A stretch of DNA of 64,000 bases, from assembly GCA_017542245.1 (NCBI GenBank), contig JAFXXN010000016.1:25711-89710 (forward strand), in the 5' to 3' direction. Shown here in pieces: positions 30,353 through 37,309 of this stretch. Position 1 is the stretch's first letter. Each line of letters starts with the position of its first letter. Source of the DNA: Lachnospiraceae bacterium (GTDB lineage Bacteria > Bacillota > Clostridia > Lachnospirales > Lachnospiraceae). A program made the position numbers and the translations under genes. The notes beneath the pieces are model-generated. The model was not told the origin of the DNA, searched no databases, and saw nothing but the letters and a program-made list of their open reading frames with translations.

Positions 30353-31864
30353 ATGGCTATAAGAATGAGCGGTATGGTATCCGGTCTTGATACGGATGCC
30401 ATCGTAAAAGAATTGATGTCCGCCCAGTCTATGAAGAAAACCAACCTAGAAGGACAGAAAGAAAAGCTCCAGTGGAAAAAAGACATGTGGGGCGAAATGA
30501 ACACCAAGCTTTATTCTTTATATACGGATAAAGTTTCATCCATGAGACTGCAGGGAAGCTATCTTACAAAGAAAGCTACTTCTTCTGATGAAACTAAGGT
30601 TAAGGCAACAGCTAACAACGCTATTGCCGGTTCATATTCTATCAGTGTTGAAAAACTTGCTTCATCTGAGTATGTAACGGGAGCTAGTATAAAAGAAAAT
30701 GGATATACCAAAAAGACACTGCTTTCTGAAACGGGTATGGCCAGTGGGCAGACCATAACTATTAAAACAGGAAAAGAACTTGATAATGTTACTGATATCA
30801 CTATAGATTCGGACACCACTATTCAGGATCTTATAAGCCGCTTTAAGGATGCAGGTCTGAATGCGAATTTTGATGAGGCAAGCGGACGTTTCTACATTGC
30901 GGCAAAAGGAACGGGAGAGGAAAACAGGTTCACTGTTGAATCGAATGCCGTTGCCGGAGAAGGCTTAGAGAAACTGGGTCTCGGAAATATTACCGAAGAT
31001 ATGGCAAAGAATGGTGTCTCTGCAAGCAGCAGTAACGAAATGGCCATAGTGGCTGCTTCGGATGCAAGCATTACTCTTAACGGAGCAAAGATTACTTCGA
31101 ATTCGAACACCATACAGGCCAACGGTCTTACTTTAGATCTTATTGGAACGACCAATTCTGACGGGATTAAGCTTACCGTAAGCAACAACAGTGAAGCGGT
31201 ATATGATAAGATAAAAGATTTCATAAAAGGATATAACGAACTAATGACCGAGATGTACGAAAAGTACAACGCTCCTTCAGCTAAAGGCTATTCCATGCTT
31301 ACTTCCGAACAGAAAGAGGCTATGACCGATGATCAGGTTAAACTCTGGGAAGACAAGATAAAGGATTCTCTTTTAAGAAGAGATGACACATTAAATTCGC
31401 TTATGTCTGCTTTCAGAAGCGCTATGCAGACTACTGTCGAAGTAGATGGTCAGAAATATTCGCTATCAAGTTTTGGTATTGTTACAGGAAACTATAAAGA
31501 AAACGGACTGCTTCATATAGAGGGCGATGCAGATGATGCAGATTTCCTTGATAAGAATAATACATTAAAGTCCGCTCTTGAAAGCGATCCCGATACAGTG
31601 GCTAAAGTTCTTTCAGGCGTTATGGACAAGTTGTATGACACTATGAGCAAAAAGATGTCAACTTCATCGCTTTCCAGTGCACTTACCTTCTATAATGACA
31701 AGCAGATGAAGACTCAGAGTGATTCTTACGAAAAACAGATAAAGAACTGGGAGACAAAGCTTAAGGATATCGAGGACAAGTATTATAAACAGTTCTCAGC
31801 TATGGAGAAAGCTATGGCGAATCTCCAGACACAGCAGAGCCAGCTCGCCGGTATGTTTGGCTGA
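30353..31864 (+). CDS. fliD: flagellar filament capping protein FliD
   Basis: N-terminus MAIRMSGMVSGLDTDAIVKELMSAQ plus C-terminal coiled-coil motifs. Length 503 aa. Confidence 0.9.
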   Translation: MAIRMSGMVSGLDTDAIVKELMSAQSMKKTNLEGQKEKLQWKKDMWGEMNTKLYSLYTDKVSSMRLQGSYLTKKATSSDETKVKATANNAIAGSYSISVEKLASSEYVTGASIKENGYTKKTLLSETGMASGQTITIKTGKELDNVTDITIDSDTTIQDLISRFKDAGLNANFDEASGRFYIAAKGTGEENRFTVESNAVAGEGLEKLGLGNITEDMAKNGVSASSSNEMAIVAASDASITLNGAKITSNSNTIQANGLTLDLIGTTNSDGIKLTVSNNSEAVYDKIKDFIKGYNELMTEMYEKYNAPSAKGYSMLTSEQKEAMTDDQVKLWEDKIKDSLLRRDDTLNSLMSAFRSAMQTTVEVDGQKYSLSSFGIVTGNYKENGLLHIEGDADDADFLDKNNTLKSALESDPDTVAKVLSGVMDKLYDTMSKKMSTSSLSSALTFYNDKQMKTQSDSYEKQIKNWETKLKDIEDKYYKQFSAMEKAMANLQTQQSQLAGMFG

Positions 31865-31870
31865 TAAGCT

Positions 31871-31960
31871 TTCCCCTTAAGGGGATTATCTCTACCACGA
31901 AGTGGTTGAGATGCCTCACTGGCGAAGTGAAGGTGGCTGCGAAGCAGCCGGATGAGGTGT
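31871..31960. repeat. structured intergenic repeat, copy A (GAA-triloop hairpin family)
   Basis: It contains the palindrome TCCCCTTAAGGGGA, an 11-bp stem ATCTCTACCAC-GAA-GTGGTTGAGAT, the hairpin GGCTGC-GAA-GCAGCC, and the tail GGATGAGGTG. It is near-identical to 49580-49666. Confidence 0.85.
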
Positions 31961-32084
31961 AAATTTCCTTAACCAGTATATTAAATTATGTACATACCCT
32001 CATATTTTATGGGGGTATTTTTATATCTCATTCTGCTATAGAAAAACTTCTGAAAAAAAAGAAGAAAAAAGTCTCAGAACGGTA

Positions 32085-32112
32085 TAAAGGTTTTTCAAAC
32101 ATTATCCGATAT
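32085..32112 (+). promoter_or_regulatory. sigma-28-type promoter candidate upstream of fliS
   Basis: (T)AAAG-15 nt-tCCGATAT. The -35 element is less canonical than at the other sites. Confidence 0.5.
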
Positions 32113-32168
32113 ATCAAATGTAGGACATAAAAGAGTATATCGCCGGAGGCGAGGAAAGAGGTATAAAT

Positions 32169-32600
32169 ATGACAGCAAGTATGACTAACGTATATAAGAG
32201 CAATTCCATTCAGACAGCATCACCTGCAGAGCTTACACTTATGCTCTATGACGGAGCCATTAAATTCTGTAACATAGCTCTTGGTGCTCTTGAAAAGAAC
32301 GATATTCAGAAAGCAAATACAAATATCATAAAGGCAGAGAAGATCATCACTGAATTCAGATGCACTCTTGATTTCAGATATCCCGTAGCTCAGGATTTTG
32401 AGAGAGTATATGATTATATATACAGAAGACTTGTTGAAGCAAATATTCATAAGGATGCGGAAGTATTAGAGGATGCTCTTAAATATATCCGTGAGATGAG
32501 AGATACATGGAAGGAAGTTATGAGACTTAACCGTACTTCTACCGGCGGATCCCAGATAAGATACGTGAGTGCTGAGACACCTAAGGCAGCTTCCATGTAA
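32169..32600 (+). CDS. fliS: flagellar export chaperone FliS
   Basis: FliS signature (ASPAELTLMLYDGAIKFCNIA ... VYDYIYRRLVEANI). Confidence 0.9.
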   Translation: MTASMTNVYKSNSIQTASPAELTLMLYDGAIKFCNIALGALEKNDIQKANTNIIKAEKIITEFRCTLDFRYPVAQDFERVYDYIYRRLVEANIHKDAEVLEDALKYIREMRDTWKEVMRLNRTSTGGSQIRYVSAETPKAASM

Positions 32601-32695
32601 TGATTACAGGCTAAAAACTTTTTTAAATGCAAAGCGGACACTTACTGTTTGATTAAACAAAAAGTATCCGCTTTGTAAATTGTATGGAGATAAAT

Positions 32696-33187
32696 ATGAG
32701 AGAAGAAGAAAAACTTACATATATAAATATTCTTATATCTACACTCAAGAAAAAGGAAGATTTGCTCAAGAAGTTAAAGGCTGAAACTGATAAACAGGCT
32801 GATCTTATCGCCGAGTCTGAATTTGATCCGGATGCTTTTGATGCTACGATATCTAAAAAACAGGAATATATTGATTCACTTTTACAGCTTGACGATGGAT
32901 TCATGGATATCTATTCAAAAGTAAAAGAAACCATGAAAAATAATTCTTCGGATTACAGACCTGAAATAGAAGAAGCAAAAAAGCTGATCAAGAGGCAGAC
33001 GGAGCTTTCAGTTGAACTGCAGAGCTTAGAATCAAAGAACCAGACCGGACTTGCTATACATTTATCACGCGGGAAACAGAAGGTCAGAGAATTTAAAACC
33101 AGTTCCAAAACGGCTGCAGCCTACTACAAAAGCATGACCAATCATCACCAGGACGGTGACTCCTATTTTTTAGACAGAAAAAAATAA
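32696..33187 (+). CDS. coiled-coil protein of the flagellar locus (FliT/FlgN-like position), function unknown
   Basis: ATG at 32696 follows GGAGA. The protein is predicted helical and rich in K/E/Q. It occupies the slot after fliS that B. subtilis fills with fliT. I recognise no motif. Confidence 0.5.
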   Translation: MREEEKLTYINILISTLKKKEDLLKKLKAETDKQADLIAESEFDPDAFDATISKKQEYIDSLLQLDDGFMDIYSKVKETMKNNSSDYRPEIEEAKKLIKRQTELSVELQSLESKNQTGLAIHLSRGKQKVREFKTSSKTAAAYYKSMTNHHQDGDSYFLDRKK

Positions 33188-33207
33188 AAAAAGTTTAAAA
33201 AGAGGGT

Positions 33208-33234
33208 TAAGTAAATCGGTTTTGCCTCCGATAT
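33208..33234 (+). promoter_or_regulatory. sigma-28-type promoter P1 of flagellin
   Basis: TAAG-15 nt-tCCGATAT. Confidence 0.6.
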
Positions 33235-33299
33235 AATAAATGTCAGGGTTAAAAAAGAAAAAATCCTGAAAAAAATTAAAAAAAATATTAGCAGGGGGT

Positions 33300-33326
33300 T
33301 AAGAAAACTTACAAACCTGCCGATAT
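33300..33326 (+). promoter_or_regulatory. sigma-28-type promoter P2 of flagellin
   Basis: TAAG-15 nt-GCCGATAT, with a perfect -10 element. Confidence 0.75.
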
Positions 33327-33441
33327 AAAAAGTGAGTAAAGCGAAAGCATTTTACTTCAAACTTACCGAAGGGTTACTTCGGTACCTTGACCGGAAGAGA
33401 GTACGGCTCGGAAAGTCAGCAACTATTAACTATTTAAAATT

Positions 33442-33475
33442 GTGGCAAGGAAGCCACTACACATTCAAGGAGGAA
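33442..33475 (+). promoter_or_regulatory. putative CsrA binding sites in the flagellin leader (hairpin GGA site plus SD site)
   Basis: GTGGC-AAGGAA-GCCAC hairpin at 33442-33457, then AAGGAGG at 33468-33474 just before the ATG at 33481. This matches the two-site architecture of the B. subtilis hag leader. Confidence 0.6.
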
Positions 33476-33480
33476 AAATT

Positions 33481-34299
33481 ATGATAGTACAACACAACAT
33501 GGCAGCCCTTAACACTAACAGACAGTTGGGCGTATCAAACACAAATTTAGCAAAGTCAACAGAGAAGTTATCAAGCGGTTACAAGATCAATCGTGCAGGC
33601 GATGATGCAGCAGGTCTTTCGATTTCAGAGAAGATGCGTGGTCAGATCCGTGGTCTTGAGCAGGGTTCAACCAATGCTCAGGATGGTATCTCCCTCATCC
33701 AGACAGCTGAAGGTGCTCTGAATGAAGTTCATTCAGTTCTTCAGAGAATGAGAGAACTTACTGTACAGGCAGCTAACGATACAAACGTTACTGCAGACCG
33801 TGACGCTATTGCATCTGAGCAGAAGGCACTTGTTGAAGAAATCGATCGTATCGGCGATCAGACAGAATTCAACACCATGAAGCTCTTAAATGGCGATTTT
33901 GAAGATAAGAAACTCCAGGTTGGAGCAAATACAGAGCAGTCAATAGCTATCTCTATCGGCGACATGACCTCCAGTGGTCTTGGCGTAGATGGTGCTGGTG
34001 ATGAGATGGGCGATTATGATGCAGCTACAGCTTTCATTGAGACAGTTGATGCAGCTATCACATCTGTTTCTACTCAGAGATCTGATCTTGGTGCTATCCA
34101 GAACAGACTTGAGCACACAATCGCTAACGCTGATAATACTGCAGAGAACTTACAGTCAGCTGAAAGCCGTATTCGTGATGTTGATATGGCTGAAGAGATG
34201 GTTAAGTACTCAAAGAGCAGCATTCTTCAGCAGGCTGGTCAGTCTATGCTGGCTCAGGCAAATCAGCAGACCCAGGGTGTTCTGTCACTCCTCAGATAA
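33481..34299 (+). CDS. fliC: flagellin (short, 272 aa)
   Basis: MIVQHNMAALNTNRQLG...LSSGYKINRAGDDAAGLSISEKMR at the N-terminus and ILQQAGQSMLAQANQQTQGVLSLLR at the C-terminus. The start was chosen after AAGGAGG. Confidence 0.95.
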   Translation: MIVQHNMAALNTNRQLGVSNTNLAKSTEKLSSGYKINRAGDDAAGLSISEKMRGQIRGLEQGSTNAQDGISLIQTAEGALNEVHSVLQRMRELTVQAANDTNVTADRDAIASEQKALVEEIDRIGDQTEFNTMKLLNGDFEDKKLQVGANTEQSIAISIGDMTSSGLGVDGAGDEMGDYDAATAFIETVDAAITSVSTQRSDLGAIQNRLEHTIANADNTAENLQSAESRIRDVDMAEEMVKYSKSSILQQAGQSMLAQANQQTQGVLSLLR

Positions 34300-34340
34300 T
34301 GCTAAATCTAAAAAATGTACTTACTATCGTAAGCGTGGAA

Positions 34341-34369
34341 ATATGCAGCCGAATGGCTGCATATTTTTA
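34341..34369 (+). terminator. Rho-independent terminator of flagellin
   Basis: ATATGCAGCC-GAAT-GGCTGCATAT followed by TTTTTATTTT. Confidence 0.85.
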
Positions 34370-34374
34370 TTTTG

Positions 34375-34403
34375 TTTACATAAAGCAATATCTATTGTAT
34401 AAT
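34375..34403 (+). promoter_or_regulatory. sigma-A-type promoter candidate for the LicD-fusion gene
   Basis: TTTACA-17 nt-TATAAT, about 27 nt upstream of the ATG at 34430. Confidence 0.5.
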
Positions 34404-34429
34404 AGGTATTAAGGAAAGGGGAGTACACA

Positions 34430-36670
34430 ATGAATCATAACATAGATTATTTCAGGGATGAAGTAAGAAACGGCTTCTATGTTCCAACAGTCGTAAAGCA
34501 GGCTTGGGCCATGTGCCTTGATATACTTTCGGAGATAGACAGAATATGTCAAAAATACGGTATTACCTACTATGCCGATTGGGGAACCTTTTTGGGTGCA
34601 GTACGCCATGGAGGCTTTGTCCCGTGGGATGACGACATGGATATCTGCATGAAAAGAGAAGATTACATAAAGTTTAGAGAAGTGTGTGATAAAGAACTTC
34701 CTGCACATTTTGATATCCATGATTATGAAAGAAAAGAAGATCACTGGCTATTTCTGTCAAGAGTCGTTAATAATAAAAAGATATGTTATGATGAAGAATA
34801 CCTGGAAGAACATTACAATTTCCCGTGGCTTGCAGCGGTAGACATCTTTGTAAAAGACTATTTATATATAGATCCGGAGAAAGAGAAAGCACGTGATAAA
34901 GACGTGTTGTTTCTAGTTACCATTGCAGATGGTATACGAGAAAAGAGTTTTAAGGAGAATGTTGCCAGGTTTAATCTAAAAGAAATTGAAAACAAATATC
35001 ATGTGAAACTGCCGGATATTTCAAAGGAACGGGAGCTTTGTATAGCGTTATATAAGTTAGCCGAAAAGCGAATGGCAGAGGTAAAGGAAAATGAATCAGA
35101 GGAAATAGGCCAGATTTATCCCTGGATACTACGAGGGGATAAAGGCCAGCCCAAGAACTATTATGAGGATGCGGTACGGCTTCCTTTTGAAGATATCACC
35201 ATTCCGGTTCCTGCCAGATATAACGAATTCCTTACACACCGATATGGAAATTTCTGTGAGATACATAAAATATGGTGGGCTCATACATATCCTTTCTTTG
35301 AGTCACAGAAGAAAGAGATGGAGAGAGTAAACGGAGCTCCAATCATAGACTTTGCTTTTGATAAAAGTATGTTGGATCGACCGGCAAAAGAAAATGGAGC
35401 ATCACTGAAGGTTATAACAAAAGAATGCTTGACAGAACTTAAAAGATTAGTTGGTGAATGTAAAGAATTACTAACGAAAGAAGATGAATATATAAACCTG
35501 CTTACTGAGATGCAGCAGCTTGCAGTAGACCTTGGAACTTTGATAGAACAGGTAAAAGGCGAAACAAAAGAGCCAGCTCAAAAGGCAGTCTCATCTTTAG
35601 AAAAACTGTGTGAGGCAATATTTTTAGGAAGCAGCTCTAAGGATGTAGCAGGAATAGAAGAAGCATTAAAAGAAGCAGAAGAAATAATAGAACACTATAT
35701 TATAGGAAGAAAAGAGATTTTATTCTTATCTATTGGTCCTGAAGAATGGAGAGGACTGGCACCTGTATATGAAGAATGTATAAAGGATGAAGACGTGGAT
35801 GTATATATAGTTCCGTTACCTATACTTCCTAAGGATCCTTTAGGACAGGTAAAGATGAGTACCGAGGATATAGAAAAAGCAGTTCATCTCGGAGATTATC
35901 CTGAAAATATAAACTATACTTCATGGAAAGAATATGATATAGCACAGCACTGCCCGGAAAAAATATATATACAGAATTCGTATGATGAGAGAAACGCATA
36001 TCTTACTGTTCCACCTCAGTATTATGCGAAAAATATAAGAAGATACACGGATGAGCTGATATTTATTCCCTTCTCGCCCACATCCGAATTTGAGGAAAAG
36101 GATGCTACGGATATGTACGCCTTAAAGCACTATGCGGTATCTCCCGGTGTCATTTATTCAGATAAGGCAATAGTCCAATCCGAAAATATTAAGAAACATT
36201 ATGTAAATAAGCTTACGGAATTTGCGGGAGAGGATACTAGAACAGTTTGGGAGCAGAAGATAACTACAGAAGGATTCCCTGCAGCTAAGAATACTTCAGA
36301 AAAGGGTACTATCCTTTGTATAGGAGTAAACGAGTTAGTGGAAAAAGGGGAAGAGCTTCTTGATACGATAAAGGATTATATTAAGAAAATAAAGACCGAA
36401 AATGAAGGTGAAAATATAACGTTTACTTTCTATCCTGATGACAGATCTCAGTGGGATATTTTGAACAAGGATCTGGCAGAACGTGTATTTAAACTTATAG
36501 AAGAAGAGGCTATAAAAGAAGGATACGGTAAGCTAACTCTTATTCCGAAGAAAGCAGATGCGGTAGCGTCAGAATACGCATCCTATTATGGAAGTGCCTC
36601 GCCTTTAGTTCCTGCCTTTACAATCAAAGGAAAGCAGGTAAGGCTGTTTACAGGAGTAACATTTAATTAA
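34430..36670 (+). CDS. LicD-family (phosphotransferase) domain fused to a roughly 450-aa C-terminal domain of unknown function; candidate flagellin-modification enzyme
   Basis: The N-terminal third carries the LicD signature YYADWGTFLGAVRHGGFVPWDDDMDICM. I do not recognise the remainder. It lies immediately downstream of flagellin. Confidence 0.7.
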   Translation: MNHNIDYFRDEVRNGFYVPTVVKQAWAMCLDILSEIDRICQKYGITYYADWGTFLGAVRHGGFVPWDDDMDICMKREDYIKFREVCDKELPAHFDIHDYERKEDHWLFLSRVVNNKKICYDEEYLEEHYNFPWLAAVDIFVKDYLYIDPEKEKARDKDVLFLVTIADGIREKSFKENVARFNLKEIENKYHVKLPDISKERELCIALYKLAEKRMAEVKENESEEIGQIYPWILRGDKGQPKNYYEDAVRLPFEDITIPVPARYNEFLTHRYGNFCEIHKIWWAHTYPFFESQKKEMERVNGAPIIDFAFDKSMLDRPAKENGASLKVITKECLTELKRLVGECKELLTKEDEYINLLTEMQQLAVDLGTLIEQVKGETKEPAQKAVSSLEKLCEAIFLGSSSKDVAGIEEALKEAEEIIEHYIIGRKEILFLSIGPEEWRGLAPVYEECIKDEDVDVYIVPLPILPKDPLGQVKMSTEDIEKAVHLGDYPENINYTSWKEYDIAQHCPEKIYIQNSYDERNAYLTVPPQYYAKNIRRYTDELIFIPFSPTSEFEEKDATDMYALKHYAVSPGVIYSDKAIVQSENIKKHYVNKLTEFAGEDTRTVWEQKITTEGFPAAKNTSEKGTILCIGVNELVEKGEELLDTIKDYIKKIKTENEGENITFTFYPDDRSQWDILNKDLAERVFKLIEEEAIKEGYGKLTLIPKKADAVASEYASYYGSASPLVPAFTIKGKQVRLFTGVTFN

Positions 36671-36848
36671 TTTTGGTTGACTGATTTTTGGTAGTTAAAA
36701 AGATAGTAGTAAAATGCAACTGTAAATTCAACATACATTTATTAATATAGCATTATTTGTATACACAATTAACACAATTAATGTGAAGAAATCCGAAAAA
36801 AAGCTTGACAATAGCGAAAAAATATTGTAAAATACTTACACTGAATTT

Positions 36849-36874
36849 GAAGTGCCTCTCACAGCACTTCTTTT
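36849..36874 (+). terminator. hairpin with T-run (possible terminator of the LicD gene or attenuator)
   Basis: GAAGTGC-CTCTCACA-GCACTTC followed by TTTT. Confidence 0.4.
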
Positions 36875-36963
36875 CATCTAATGTCGCAGCTGTTTCTGCT
36901 TCATATTTCTTGAATGTGCCGTACTCACAGGAAAAAAATATGAAAAAGTTATAGATGCGGTAT

Positions 36964-36990
36964 TAAGTTTTCTTTCAACAGAGCCGATAT
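36964..36990 (+). promoter_or_regulatory. sigma-28-type promoter upstream of the secreted-protein expression site
   Basis: TAAG-15 nt-GCCGATAT, the same architecture as flagellin P2. It lies 264 nt upstream of the ATG at 37254. Confidence 0.6.
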
Positions 36991-37244
36991 ATGTATTGTA
37001 ACGAGTATAATAAAAATACTCGGGACATTCATGGTGACTGTTGAATGTGAGACGCTTTACTCGCAAGAAAACGTAAATGAGATTGAGATACGTGCTTATT
37101 CTCACTCGAATGGATTCGCACACAGTCCGCTGTATGAATCTTAGTTGACTGGAACCGTACACCAGACAGATAAGAAGATTACAAATCTCAATGTCGTGTG
37201 TTCAAGGATGGACACAGGCAGGATAACCCACATACACAAGGAGG

Positions 37245-37309
37245 TAAAAATTTATGAAGCATTTTAAACTTATGAAGGGCGTGCTTGCATGCCTTTTATC
37301 ACTGGCACT
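37245..37309. repeat. IR-L: 65-bp arm of a perfect inverted repeat (pre-ATG spacer, ATG and 56 nt of signal-peptide coding)
   Basis: It is the exact reverse complement of 42487-42551, which I verified base by base. Identity drops sharply on both sides. Confidence 0.95.

Noticed and set aside
33989-34402. 137-aa plus-strand ORF overlapping the 3' half of flagellin in another frame.
   Set aside because: It is an alternative-frame shadow of a highly expressed, well-supported gene. It has no SD and runs through the flagellin terminator.
36805-36833. TTGACA-17 nt-TAAAAT as the main promoter of the secreted-protein locus.
   Set aside because: The hexamers are good, but a hairpin with a T-run (36849-36874) starts about 10 nt after the predicted TSS. 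The sequence may be fortuitous or give only attenuated read-through. I keep it as a possibility and have not called it a feature.
36991-37253. Long leader as a c-di-GMP or other known riboswitch.
   Set aside because: I compared it by eye with remembered GEMM-I features (GNRA tetraloop/receptor, ACGCAAAGC) and saw no convincing match. It needs an Infernal/Rfam scan, so I do not claim it.
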